Program-made: the position numbers and the translations under genes
Notes under the pieces: generated by a model
The model's input: only the letters and a program-made list of their open reading frames with translations
What the model was told of the DNA's origin: nothing
The model's database searches: none
NCBI GenBank assembly: GCA_965153355.1
Contig: OZ231126.1
Location: 5,642,001-5,706,000 of the forward strand
Source: Flaccisagitta enflata
Taxonomy: Eukaryota
Direction of reading: 5' to 3'
DNA length: 64,000 nucleotides
Shown here: positions 1 to 14,371 of the stretch, piece after piece
Layout of the letters: each line of letters begins with the position of its first letter
How positions within the stretch are numbered: the stretch's first letter is position 1

Positions 1-432
1 TCCCTCTCTCCCTCCCTCTCTTCCCTCCTTTCTCCCTCTCTCTCTCTCCCTCCCTCTCTCCCTCCTTCTCTCCCTCCCTCTCTCCCACCTCCCTTCCTCT
101 CCACCTCCCTCTCTCCCTCCCTCCATCCTTCTCTCCCTCCCTCTCTTCCTCCCAGTCTCCGTCCCCTCGCTCTCCCTTTCTCTTAACCTTTTACCCTCTC
201 ACTCTCCCTCCTCCTTCTCTACCTCTCCCTCCTCTCTATCTCTCCCTCCCTCCCTCTCTCCTCTCCCACCCTCCCTCCCTCCCAATCTCCCTCCCTCCCT
301 CTCCTCACCTCCTATCCCTCCCTACTCCTCTCCCTCTCTACTCTCCCTCCCTCCCTCTCTCTCCACCCTCTCCTCCCCATCTCCTCCCTCTCTCTCCTAC
401 TCTCTCTCTGCCTCCCTCTCCCTCCCTCCCTC
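1..432. repeat. CT-rich low-complexity tract
   Basis: Degenerate (CT)n/(CCT)n/(CCCT)n run from the window start. Confidence 0.95.
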
Positions 433-784
433 TACCCTCTGCTGAACTCATTTTTGTTGTGACATAGGGCCCAAAATTGAGATCGATGAAAAATATCGAT
501 CCTTGAGAAATTTGCGGAAAATGTGAAAAAATAAAAAAAGATTAAAAAATTCATAGCGCCTAAAGTATTGGTCCGACAGTGCCCTGCTTTTTTCCAGAAC
601 GTGTAAAAAAGTGCCCTCTTCCACCCTGTACCAATTTCAACCCCAGCCACGGGCGAGCCTAGTTCTGACTCAACTTTCCCAAATTGTCTCAAGCGAAAAA
701 GGGAAACATTAATTCCTAACCCGGAACTCAAAAAATCGAAAAACGTTTTTCGATTTTTTTCCCAATTATTCTTTCTGATCCACC

Positions 785-1105
785 CAGGCGTGTATAAATT
801 TGATTATTGCTTTCCCCTGGGGGGGGGGAAGCAAGATGAAATCCGAAGGTTTGGAGATGGCAAAAATAAACGAAGGCTAGAAAAGAAGAAAAATGATCAA
901 TTTTGAAGATTTAAAACTACTGGTAGTTCCAAAAGTCCATAATCGATTACTACATCAGTATGGGGGTCCAAAGGTAGTACAACACAATTCTATACTATTT
1001 TGAGACAAATTCTACCATATTTAAGCTCTACGGGGTAGGGAATCAAATACTTTTTTGGCCGACCGGGGAAGGAAATCAAAAGCCAGTCAACGTTATACAC
1101 CCCAG
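785..1105. mobile_element. degenerate hAT-like MITE
   Basis: Ends CAGGCGTGTATAA (785) and TTATACACCCCAG (1093-1105) are imperfect inverted repeats resembling the ends of the 5921-6234 element; no TSD found. Confidence 0.35.
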
Positions 1106-1861
1106 ATTAAACCATTTCACCACGACAGTTCTCTCTCCAATCTACATCCTCACTGAACTTTGAAGAAATTGTGGTTCATTCTTTTTGTAATCGAATTAAG
1201 TCTCAACTCTCAACCGTTTCCGCGTATATGCGCGCTCACGATCACATGTTCAAGACAGCTGTGCCAAAAAAAGATAAAAATATAGAAACAAAAAAAAAAG
1301 ACTGAGGGCTGCCATATCAAGTATGCTTGAAAGGGAGATGGTGGAAAAAGGCAAGGAAAGATGGATGTGCCTGGTGTGATTTTATGTGCCAACTTGGATT
1401 TCCTTTTTTTCCTTTTTTAGTTGGTTGATCCGTTTTTGTATCTAGCCGTTGCTTTTGTTTTGATCATGGAAAGGATGATATATCGAAGCTAAGTTTGTGT
1501 CAAGGTCAAGGGCCTTGATGGGAGAAGGGAGAAGAAATTTCAAAGATCTCCCCACCCCCATCCCCATTCAATCCCCATCCCCACTTCACCATCCCGACTT
1601 CTTCTCCATCCTCATTCCCACCTCGCCCTATCCCACTCCGTTTTCTTCATGCGATGAGATTATTGACGTGGTTCCGTTGTTTGTGAAAGAGCTTTTGCCA
1701 TCAAACCGTCATCTTTTGCGCTTGAAAGCCTCGCTTCACCAAAATCCACTTAAGAGAGCATTTTTTTCTCTTTCTTTCATTTTCCCCTTTATGGCTTTGT
1801 GTCGTTAGTAAGCAGTTGCTGAGTCAAAAATGTTTTTTTTTTGTCTGTTCACTAAACTGGC

Positions 1862-2055
1862 TTTTTAGGCAGCGGCCCCGAAGGGGTCAATGTATTTTAC
1901 CGCACATGGCCCAATTTGCAGCCTCGAGGCTCAAATCCCCTGCTCAAATACACGCCAAGCATAGGTCATCAGCTCTTTTTGAGCCGCTACCCTTCTTACA
2001 TCTTGACACTAAGGGGCAACGGGTACTGCTGACCATCTGACCCTTTTGCGACAAT
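1862..2055 (+). mobile_element. HINE-like family B, degenerate short copy
   Basis: TTTTTAGGCAGCGGCCCCGAAGGGG start and GGGCAACGGGTACTGCTGACCAT tail shared with 33640-34253 and, inverted, with 8361-9338 and 18100-18571. Confidence 0.6.
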
Positions 2056-2543
2056 TCCTTATCCATATTGTAAAAAGTCACATAGTTTTCTTCATATTTT
2101 GACGTGCATGGTGATTATCATTTTTTTTCATCTTTTGAGCCGTTTTAGAAGGTAGATATATTCTTTTGGTACTACGAATTAAATTTGAAACAGTACCTTA
2201 GTAATATGAACCATGCTTATTCAGGTGGCTTTGTGCTGAACTCTCTCCAGTCATTGAGTGGGAGAATTGGCATAAAGATTCTAGATTACTGATAATGAGG
2301 AACCCAGGCCAGATTTGGCCTTGAAGTTGAAAATCATTCTTTCATAAATCACTGAGCAATTCTTAGGTTTACCATGATGAAAGGTTTGGTACACTCATAT
2401 TTTCTGGATACACTTTGTTACTGATGCATCTTGCATTGATTGAATGATTGATTAATTGACTATTAGGCCTTTATCAAAGCCCCAGAGGTTTCTTCTGCTT
2501 AGCCTCAGCGTAGTAAGGAGTCGCCTTTAACTTAAACGAAGCT

Positions 2544-2790
2544 AACAAGGCCAAGTTTTGACCAAAAAGCGCTCCTCGCTGTTAAAAAGAATCCGTGAAT
2601 GAACGTTTTAAGGGAATGAATGAACGAATGAAAAACTGAATGAATATGAATGGGGTATGGCTTGAGAGCTGATAGAAATTAAGAATCAGGCGTTTTTGCG
2701 CTTTTCAAATGTTTGCGTGACCGACCAACCAACCAACCAACTGACCGACGGACATGACCTCCTATCGAAGTGCGAGGACGCACTTAGTAA
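2544..2790 (-). mobile_element. HINE/DINE-1-like element, family A
   Basis: AACAAGGCC end, (GACC/AACC)n microsatellite, terminal hairpin AAGTGCG...CGCACTT. Confidence 0.6.
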
Positions 2791-3091
2791 AAGTGATTTA
2801 CTTTTTCAGAGTTGAGCTGAGGCCCAAATCCGGCCCCAATCTCGGCCATGTATAATACCACAGCCTTCCAGCCCAAATCGTAGGCTTACGCCTTTAGACC
2901 TGGTTTTACAATTTTAGGTACCAAAAGTAATACATATCCACGTAACGAACATCAATTCATGGCCCCCTGATATCATTTCCTTTTTATGGAAGTAACAGAA
3001 TTTTGTTTGCTACTGAGATTTGTCGGGTCCTTGACATCCGTTATTGCGATGTTTAACTGTACTTACATTTATTCGCTTTATTCGCTTCAAA

Positions 3092-4480
<1,389 letters not shown>

Positions 4481-4775
4481 AGGGTAGTGGGTCATGCGCC
4501 CCTGCCCAGTGCCCACCCGTGCGTTACCATCTTGTAACCCCGCGTTACTTGTTGGTATTGTTGGTTACCTTTTCAATTAGAGGCTGATTTTCATCACGTA
4601 ATGAAGGCCCATTTGTCAAGTAAAATTTTGTATTGGTGATATTTTTAAGGATTTATCAAATTTGGTTATATTCCGTTTCTGAAATATGCCGAAAAATCGG
4701 AAATCCACAGGTTTCCCTTGTCATCTGTCACCCGATCCACCCTTCCTCTGTTTTCTCTTCATACACGCGCCCGCG

Positions 4776-4811
<36 letters not shown>

Positions 4812-4829
4812 CGATGAGAAATCGTTAGC

Positions 4830-4909
4830 GCGTAACGTCGATGGAAAAGGACCAATCAGAGCGCGGCTGGGAAGCGGCGCGGGCCAATCACGTGCGAGAA
4901 AACGGAAGC

Positions 4910-4980
<71 letters not shown>

Positions 4981-5062
4981 TGATTCTCATCCAATAGAGA
5001 CCGTCAAATGGATGGTATGCATAGCTTAGGCCGTTGAAGCTTTCAGCAACAGGCCAATGGCG
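4830..5062. promoter_or_regulatory. promoter-like CCAAT cluster
   Basis: CCAAT at ~4852, ~4884, ~4991 and ~5054; CACGTG next to the second box; CGGAAG at ~4903; CpG-rich, with (GA)n tracts. Confidence 0.45.
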
Positions 5063-5346
5063 CTGCGTCCCTAGTCGCACGGGGACTGGAGATAGAATGA
5101 GACGATAATTCAAAAGAAGGATGGAGGAAGGAAAGTAACGAAGGTGGGGAGGAAAGTTACGACGGGAGGAAAGAAGGAAGAAGCGTGGATGGATAGGGGT
5201 GGTTTAACGGAGGGAGGTAAAGATGAGTAAAGAGATAGTTTCAAAGGAAGTAAGGAGGAAAGAAAGAAGCATGGGTGGTTTCGGGAAGACCGAGGGAGGC
5301 GCAAGCGATATTAGGGGAGACATAAACACACGGATGAGCTGATTGA

Positions 5347-5435
5347 AAGGGTTTTCGCATTGGGAAAATTATCGAGATATCACATAGGGAATATCTTGGG
5401 GATATCTAGATAATGTCCCCAATGCGAAAACTCCT
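5347..5435. mobile_element. mini palindromic MITE, PIF/Harbinger-like
   Basis: AAGGGTTTTCGCATTGGG...CCCAATGCGAAAACTCCT imperfect inverted repeats, with TGA on both flanks. Confidence 0.5.
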
Positions 5436-5807
5436 TGAGACAGACAAAGCGATGAGTATTGACAGTGAAAATTACAGAGCGATTGAGAGGGATGCTGACG
5501 GGTACACGTAAACCATCTCATATGAGAGTAAAATTGAGCTGTACAAAATTACGAAAAAACTTGTGATGGTGACATTGACGCGAAAGCAAAATTTCAGATG
5601 AAGATCGTTTAACTTTAAGGCTAATTGAAATAAGACAAAGCTGGTATTGATAACTTGATGTTTGAATATTTTGCTTAAAGATTTTTTAGGAAGGGGGATC
5701 TTCACGGGTGATCGCGTTGGAATCTGAATTTTCTTGCTTAACGTCGCGCTTGTCTCTCGTTCCTTGGGTTGAACTTTAGAAAAAAGCAGAGAGAGAGAGA
5801 GAGAGAA

Positions 5808-6264
5808 ACAAGGCCAAGTAGGCCAATAAGGTGCGCCGTGTGGATCGTCGGACGAATGCGTTACCGACCAACCAACAGACAGACCGACCGACAGACCGAC
5901 GGACAAAGCCAGTTATACTGCAGGGGTGTATATTGTTGCACGACCTTTGATTTCTTTCCCCCCCCTGGTCGTTTGATTTTCTTCCCCGCGGGGCCAATCT
6001 ACATATGATTTTCTTCCCCATATACCCCTTATATAGTAATGTATTGATTTAAATAGTGTAAAATACAGTTGTAGGAACTAAATATTACATTTTAGTACTG
6101 CCAAAAGTGTAAATTCTTCTATATTTTACATCTTTTCATTTTTCCACCCTTTGATTTCCTTCCCCATTTCCAAATCCTTTGATTTTATTCCCCCCCCTGC
6201 CGGGGGGGGGAATATGCAACTATATACAGGCCTGAGTTATAGAGGTGCGTTGGCGCACCTAAAA
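5808..6264 (-). mobile_element. HINE family A copy carrying a nested hAT-like MITE (5921-6234)
   Basis: AACAAGGCC end, (GACC/GACA)n, AGGTGCG...CGCACCT-AAAAA hairpin; the insert has TIRs CAGGGGTGTATATTGTTGCA / TGCAACTATATACAGGCCTG and AGTTATA on both sides. Confidence 0.75.
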
Positions 6265-7019
6265 AGCAGAGAGAGAGAGAAAGAGACAGAGAGAGAGAGA
6301 AAGAGAGAGAAAGAGAGAGAAAGAGAGAGAAAGAGAGAGAGAGGAAAAGGTCAAGTTTTATGTCCGGGAATACCAACCGTGTCTCAGCAAAAACTCTAAT
6401 ATCAATTCCAGAGCAAGAGCGTTACGATAGTACCACCAAAGGCAAAATGAACCAGGTTGGGCGTTAGGTTGGTCGGAGGCTCTGAGATACCCGGCAGCGG
6501 CAGGTGGACGCCACCCGCCAACTGAGTTTTTATGCGTTTTTAGCGACCCTCCCTTCCCCCTTTATTTTCCGCCCACGCAATTTTCGCGTTGGTCTAGACC
6601 GGTATTGTTCCTCACTTTTAGCACGTTTTTTTTTTGTTTTCTGAAAAGAAAAAAAATCTTTCCCATTAAGGATAAAAACCAAAATCGATATTATTGTCTG
6701 AGTTTTGTTTAAATTTGGAACGTGTGGCTTGAAGCTGGTACCTTTCAGTCTCAATCTGTTAGATGTATGACTTAAATCTGAGAATTATTTGGACTGGGAA
6801 TCTCCTGTAATGCTCGTGAAACAAGCAAGATCATATAACTAGCAAACAGATCACCCAAGACCTATAATCGCTTGCGGACGGACAGGGGCCGAGATGTGAT
6901 GGAGATTTGGTCTTTGGGCAGGGGCGGTGATGCTACAAACAAAAGCATAAGATGGACCGACAGACTCAGCGAGTTCTAACGTGATTCACTTTTAATGCGT
7001 TGAATGAAAAAATGAAGGT

Positions 7020-7206
7020 AACAAGGCCGGATACACGGCCAATACCAGTCGCGGACGGGTGGGCAGGGGCGGAAATGCGTGTTTTCCCACTTTTCGACTC
7101 GAGCGTGACGGACCAACCAACCAACCAACCAACCGACGGACGGACGGACGGACGGACGGACGGACGGACAAAGCCTCTTATAGAGTCGCTTGTCCGCGAC
7201 TAAAAA
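7020..7206 (-). mobile_element. HINE/DINE-1-like element, family A
   Basis: AACAAGGCCGGATACACGGCC, AGTCGCG sub-terminal motif, (AACC/GACG)n, AGTCGC...GCGACTAAAAA; near-identical to 48358-48508 and 57213-57347. Confidence 0.85.
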
Positions 7207-7679
7207 GGACGATTTTAAATTTTGCTGAGTTGAGGGAAAGAAATTGGATCACAGGTGCTGCAAGTGAAATTCCAGTCAACCTTTCATATGACTGCGAGGT
7301 TACCAGAGGTTCACCTTTTTCATTGCGATTGTTTCGTTGGTTGAGTAAACACACACGCAAAAGAATAATGGATTGAGTTTTCACTTTTATTGGCACCGTT
7401 GTCGATGAAAAGAATGGAACAAAAGAGGGGGAAAAAACTTGACACTTTGAAAGTAAACGAAGCTGAGAAACCGGGGATTTTTATTTTCTTTTGTCGAGGC
7501 AACCACTACTGTATGTATTTACCAGTAAGGGCGGCTGTCGCCTTGAGGAAAAAAGTCGAAAGCATTGGTCACTTTTCAACAAGTTTTTGTTCTCAGTCAC
7601 TGCAAATCTTTTTATTTGTTAAATCAAATCAGGAGCAGTTGTATGTATTGATCTTACGAAAAAAAGGGCTAAGCCATAT

Positions 7680-8050
7680 GAGCTAGATGAGCTAAAATGC
7701 TCACTCACCCAAACAACCAACGATGCTCTTTGATATGCTTTCTTAAATTTGCATGCTGACATCAAAATATTTAGTTATTCATCGCACTAAAATTCAGAAA
7801 AAAAAAACTGAGCTAGAATACTTAAAAAACACCCTCGCAGAAGAGCAGCTATGTTTACTGATATGCTTTTTTGTATCTGCTTGCTTAAACATTTTGAAAA
7901 TATTCATTTGTTTATTGCATTTGAGATAAAAAAGATTTGAGCTAAATGAGCTAAAATGCTTAAAAACAGTCTCATAGATGAGCAGCTATGCTCAGAAACA
8001 TGTTTGCTTGTATTTGCATACTCAAACAAGCATAAATACCCTCCTTAATT
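7680..8050. repeat. degenerate ~130-bp tandem repeat
   Basis: GAGCTA(A/G)AAT(G/A)CT...ATATGCTT motif recurs near 7690, 7810 and 7950. Confidence 0.5.
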
Positions 8051-8360
8051 GATCCTATTTAAAATTATAAGAAATCGAGAAAAAAAATTGAATTTGAATT
8101 TTTCATAGATAAATCTTTAAGAAATCATAACGTGAAAAACATTTGATGTAGAGCATTCTGCCTAGCGCCAAATGAAAGAGAATTATCAAATTTACTTACC
8201 CGATTAATTTTATTGGAGGCCGCAATCAGTTGATCGAGAGCCCTAATTTTCAAATAAGAAAATGAAAACCCTGTTTCTCTAAAATATGTCAAAAACTCGA
8301 AGACTGACTTCGACTTTTTTCCAAATTAAGGAAGGGAAAGAAACGATGGAAGCGTTAGAA

Positions 8361-9338
8361 AACAGGTCGCCCAAGGGCAATATGTGGTCAGCGATACCCG
8401 TTGCCCTGCTTTGCATGATTGCGAATTGGAGTGAGGGGAAGTAGGGCAGCGGCCCCAAAGAAGACAAAGTCCTGTAGAACACAGGGGACTTTCGTTTGTT
8501 CATTTGTCCCTCCGTCCCCCCAGCCCTCTCTGGCCTTATATTTGCCCTCTCTGGCCTAATATTTGCCCTCTCAGGGCTGAAATCTACCCTCTCAGGCTTG
8601 AAATCTGCCCTTTCATGCCTTGCATCGGAGAGGGTATGAGGCCTGAGAGGGCCTGGGAGGGCAGATTTCAGATCTGAGAGGGCAAATATTAGGCCAGAGA
8701 GGGCAGTTATTAGGCCAGAGAGGGCAGATTAAAAGCCTAAGGTGGCATATTTCAAGCCTATGAGGGTAGATTTCAGCCCTGAGAGGGTAGATTTCAGCCC
8801 TGAGAGGGTAGATTTCAACCCTGAGAGGGTAGATTTCAACCCTGAGAGGGTAGATTTCAACCCTGAGAGGGTAGATTTCAACCCTGAAAGGGTAGATTTC
8901 AGCCCTAAGAGGGTAAATTTCAGCCCTGAGAGGGTAGATTTCAGCCCTGAGAGGGTAGATTTCAGCCCTGAGAGGGTAGATTTCAGCCCTGAGAGGGTAG
9001 ATTTCAGCCCTGAGAGGGTAGATTTCAGCCCTGAGAGGGTAAATTTCAGCCCTGAGAGGGTAGATTTCAGTCCTGAAAGGGTAGATTTCAGCCCTGAAAG
9101 GGTAAATTTCAGCCCTGAGAGGGTAAATTTCAGCCCTGAGAGGGTAGATTTCAGCCCTGAGAGGGTAAATTTCAGCCCTGAGAGGGTAGATTTCAGCCCT
9201 GAGAGGGTAGATTCAAGGCCTGAGAAAGCAGACTTTAAGCCTGAGAGGGTAGATTTCAGCCCTGAGAGGGCAAACAAACAAACGAAAGTCCCCTGTGTTC
9301 TACAGGACTTCGTCCCCTTTGGGGCCGCTGCCCAAAAA
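8361..9338 (-). mobile_element. HINE-like family B with ~55-bp sub-terminal inverted repeats and a 21-bp tandem array
   Basis: GGGCAGCGGCCCCAAAG...GTCCTGTAGAACACAGGGGACTTTCGTTTGTT (~8444-8500) is inverted at ~9277-9333; internal (CCTGAGAGGGTAGATTTCAGC)n. Confidence 0.85.
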
Positions 9339-9462
9339 GAGGGTCGCGAGTGAAGTGGTGAAAGAAAGAAAGAGACAGACTGACAGAGAGGAAGAGACAC
9401 ATAGATAGAAAGACACACAGACAAGGCAAGACAGACAAACAGACAGAAAGAGAAAGAATGAG

Positions 9463-9736
9463 AACAAGGTCATTAGACCTAAGTCGCGTGCGTCGGCACT
9501 TTCAAAAAAAAGGGCAGGCAGACAGACAGACAACCATTTTCTTTTCAAAAAGACAGTTGAAATGGCTGTCTACTCCTCAAAGTTCCTTCTCTACCATTCA
9601 GAAACATGAAAAACGCTTTAAAAAGCCTTTAAAACAGTTATGTGACGGACCGACGGACGGATGGACGGACCGACGGACGGACCGACGGACCGACCGAAAA
9701 GTGGCTTATAGAGTCGCGTAGCACGCGACTAAAAAA
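9463..9736 (-). mobile_element. HINE family A copy
   Basis: AACAAGG end, AGTCGCG motif, (GACG/GACC)n, AGTCGCG-TAGCA-CGCGACT-AAAAA hairpin. Confidence 0.8.
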
Positions 9737-10148
9737 TAAAGAATGATGTAAAGAATGACATAAAGAAATATAAAAGTAAGAGGAAAAAGAAAGAATAATA
9801 GAAAGGAAAAAGACGGAAAAGATTGAATGAAAGAGAAATCCTCTTTCAAGCCTAATAAGCTTGCCCGGAAAAAAAAAGAAAATCAATAGTGTTGATTGTG
9901 GAGAAAATATATTTCCCGACACGAACACCTTTCTCCCCCTTCCTCATCTGTAGTTTTTTTCTTGGTTCTCTTATCGCATTTTGTTTATTTACTTGATTAA
10001 GAAAATTAATCCGAGTCGATTGATTTCTCTCCAGATTTTTTCTGCGAAGACGTTTTTTTTTATTTCTGTACTTATTCTTTATCATAAATGCGTGGGAATT
10101 CTTGATTTCTTCGAGTTTCTTCACGTTGAATTTATATCACAAATTTAG

Positions 10149-10365
10149 TTTTTTTTTCGCGTGCTACACGACTCTTTACCCTACTATGTCAGTCTGTCGG
10201 TCGGTTGGTCGGTCGCTTGGTCTGTCAGTCGGTCCCTTTTTTACTAAATCGGCGTTTTTTAGCTTTTTGAGCCCACTGCTCCTGCCCAAATGCTCTGGTG
10301 ACCATCTCCACCACTGTTCCTGCCCACCCGCACTCGACTGGGGTAGCCGTGTATCCGGCCTTGTT
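10149..10365 (+). mobile_element. HINE family A copy
   Basis: T-run plus hairpin, (GTCY)n, ends GCCGTGTATCCGGCCTTGTT. Confidence 0.8.
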
Positions 10366-10957
10366 AAAGAGCAAAAAGAGGGTCTGTCCACATAGTGAGA
10401 GCTACTTTTGAGCTAAAATGAATGCGTGAAGAAGCAGCAGCTAGATGGGCGCATTTCGAATTACCGGCCAAATGAGCGAAATGAAGGGATGTTTCAAGCG
10501 TCGTAGTGCCACTTAAAACGCTCTGAATGCCAACCAACCCTGACTTCGTTCCCCTTTGCCAAACATCATTTAGCGTGTCTACGCAACTGTGTCGGTCGAC
10601 ATGGTCGCTGTTTCTCTTGTTGAAAACTAATTGTTTCCTCAGTGGAGCGGCAATGCCTGTTTGTCTGAACATCGTACTTTCCTTCTGTCTGTGTCGTCCC
10701 CTTAAGTCGCGTGATTTGACGTCATGTGAGGCTTAAGACTGTTTGTCAGTTCCTTGGCCCCTCACGCTTGAATGTTGAAACGCGTATGTATCCTGTCCTC
10801 GCCCGACTGTTCGCGGCTCGGTATTGTACCTTCACGTTATGTGATCATTAAATTTTCATATCCCACATGAAAATACCAAATGGAGAAAAGTGAGCAGAGG
10901 ATTTAGAGAGAATGATCCTTACCTTTGTGGCTTTGTGTATTTTTGTTGATTTTTCAG

Positions 10958-11698
10958 GCGCAAGAAAACAAGAAAGCGAAGCAAGTCATCGAAGACCCGC
11001 CACTGCCTCAGACTCAAGCCAAGAAAGAACCCATCGGTAATTACAATTGCGTAGTAAATCAAATGTCACAACTTTCTTGAATTTTAACAAATACATGTCC
11101 GACTTTTCTTTCTTTCTTCAACAACACCCTCTCCCTTCATTCTTCCCCCCCCCTCATTCTCTCTTCCCCCCTCATTCTCTCTTCCCCCCTCATTCTCTCT
11201 TCCCCCCTCATTCTCTCTTCCCCCCTCATTCTCTCTTCCCCCCTCATTCTCTCTTCCCCCCTCATTCTCTCTTCCCCCCTCATTCTCTCTTCCCCCCCTC
11301 ATTCTCTCTTCCCCCCCCCTCATTCTCTCTTCCCCCTCTTTCTCTCCTTTTCTCCCCCCCCTTCTCTCCTTATTCTCCCCTTATTCTCCCCTATTCCTTT
11401 ACAATTCTTCTCAACGAGGAAAATCTTTCCGCCAAAGTTAATCTCCTTAGCCTTTCCTTTGTTGTGCACATTTTTTGGGTCTACCTCATTTTAATCTATT
11501 TATTTAGAATTTGCCCCAAAGTCTGCATTAAGTTATCTGTGCCCGAAACCCCTTAGTCAAAATATTTATCCGTAGGAGCTCATTGGTTGTAGGCAGACTT
11601 AAACCGCTTCTTAAGTTATTTATTTCCATTTATTTCCATTTCCATTAAAGTTATTTATTTCTATGAATCTCTTCTCCCCCTCCCCTTGTCAACTTACT

Positions 11699-11779
<81 letters not shown>

Positions 11780-13655
11780 TCTCTCTCTCTACCTTCTCCC
11801 ACCGTGTCCCATTACATCATCCCTCTCCCTCTTTGCCTTGAAGGCGCTCGTCCAAAGAAGCCTGTGGTCGTGAAGGAGGTCGTGGATCAACCTGTCGACC
11901 ATTTCCCCTCTTTGGGAGGAAAAGGGAAGTTCAAGCCGATTGTGCCAGGTACGCTGATGGTCGTTGATGCCAGCCTTGGCCCTTGGGCCTTAGGGGTCAT
12001 GTCCCAATTTCACTAGAGGGTATTGCTCCTTCATTTATTTAATGACGTGAATTTAATTAGTCGATAATATCATTTATTCTTTAAGACACAGAGCCAGATC
12101 AGACAAGCAGTTTTTATTCATCTCTTTCTATAGGCTGTTGCAATTTTTTTTTACCCATTTGATAAAATCATGAGTGTGGTCATATATCATACGTATACTA
12201 TCTCATGCCTCAATGCCCCAAAATGAGTACCGGGCCCAAGAAATGGTGTTTCATGGGTCAAAATCATTGAGAAAATGGTCATATCTGAAGAAAAATGAGT
12301 TCCCGCGCCTATTTGATCAGAGGGACTGATGAAACTATTCCTCAAAACCAACACCTCTGGTATGTCAATGATGGAACTTTTAGCGAATCCTAAGTCTATT
12401 TTCGCTACAAAAAAAATATGGTGGCTTTAGGCTTATATGTAAGCTCATAAAAAAAATTCAAAGTGAAGATGTCGAAGTTACCATTAGTTATAGATTTTTT
12501 GTACTTTTTACATATCATTACATCATTCAGCTATCCAACATTTAACGAGTGGAGCTCACTTAGTGAAAATAGTGTTGTTACGTGTCAGAGGGGATTATGG
12601 CTAGGTTTTTGCCTTAGGGAAGCTCTTCAGACATGCTAAATCGGTTTTCAATGGGAGATAATCACTGATTACTACATTTTCGAAAATATTATTTTCAGTT
12701 TTGAGAATTATAAATCTCTAAAATGAATACAAAACATGCATTTTTAAGAACATAGCGGCCTTGGTATTATAAATGGCTAGCCCGCTATGTTTTTGTTTTT
12801 TTCATTTTCTCATTTTCTATGCAAATTTATAATTCTCAGTAAATTACTTATGGAACCTTTTTTCATCATTTTTCTCTTATTTTATCCCGAGTAGATACAG
12901 CTCGCAAGACATAGAACAAACGCACTATGATTGGTGGGTAGGGGCAGTAGCAGTGCCAGATGTTAACTAAATACAAATAGCTGTTTATTGGGCAGGGACA
13001 GAAACATGCTTGGGCAGAGGCTAAAAGTACAAATATCTTAAGAGTTAGTCATTTTCCCGAAAAAAGCCAGATACATCGCTACCCTAGAATGTGTCAGCGA
13101 GCCGGGGCATTGATGGCAAAGCTCACGGGGCATTTGGGTAAGGTCCTTGGGGCAGGGGCAGTATTGTAAAATATCTTTAAACAGTAAATTTGGTGAAAGA
13201 CGGATAAACAAACCATCATTTATCATGTTAGCCTTACTGCTCAGAAATACATGACTGAACAATGAATTGAATCATTGAATGATTCGTTGAATGAATGAAA
13301 AATGTAAGAATGAAGGAAGGAAGGAAGGAAGGAAGGAAGGAAGGAAGGAAGGAAGGAATGAATGAATGAATGAATGAATGAATGAATGAATGAACGAACG
13401 AACGAACGAAAGTGCAATAGCTTTCAAGAGAAGCAATAGGAACAAACGCAAATATCAAACTTGCCCAAATATTATCCAGAACCAAATGCTCGCGTTACTT
13501 TTTGACAGTGATTTTGGCCCTTCTCTCTCACTTAATTTCTTTGGCTCTTTCTTTCTCTCGTATCATACCAGTGAAGGCAGCTATCGCCGACCAGAAAAAA
13601 ACCCTAAAGGTGTTTAGTTGATGATGACCCTGCCTTTTCCCTCCCTCTCTTCTTC

Positions 13656-13748
<93 letters not shown>

Positions 13749-14283
13749 AACAAACAGACAGAGAGAGACAATTTTTTAGATGCGTCCTCGAATCTCTATA
13801 ATAGACTGTGTCCGTTGGTCGGTCGGTAATGCATTCATTAAAAACATCAAAATTTTCCAATAATCTCAATTCCACACCTTTTTAGTTGCAGACACACGAC
13901 TCTACACCTTGTCGGTTTGTCTTGCTGTCCGTAACATTTTTAAATTGCAAACAGTTTTGGCATTACTACTCTTGCCCAGCCGTCGGCGACTGGATTGCCG
14001 TGTAACCGGTCATGTTTTTTGGTCGCGGAATTGTGATACAACAAGAGGATTTGTTCATCTGTCTCTTGGTGTGTTTGTGGAAGCATCATGCCCGAGTGGA
14101 ACAAGCCCGGATGCACAGCAATCCAGTCCCGGAGGGTTGAGCAGGAACAGTAACTTAAAAATCGCTCGCAATTAAAAAATGTTACAGAGGGACCGACCGA
14201 CTGACTGACACGGCTAGGCGTCGAGTCCCATGTCTATGACTAAAAAAGTGAAAACGGGCGTTTAATATACCGCAGTAATGATT

Positions 14284-14371
<88 letters not shown>

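Noticed and set aside
2290-2430. Two ATGA(G/T)GA...CTGA segments resembling box C/D snoRNAs
   Set aside because: Short (~50-60 nt), weak terminal stems, no convincing rRNA antisense element.
2810-2849. Possible 40-nt upstream exon (VELRPKSGPNLGH)
   Set aside because: Phase fits, but the donor is weak and there is no recognisable homology.
8729-9424. 200+ aa heptad-repeat ORFs on both strands; CRISPR-like regularity
   Set aside because: Contiguous 21-bp tandem array inside a TE; no spacers or cas genes; eukaryotic context.
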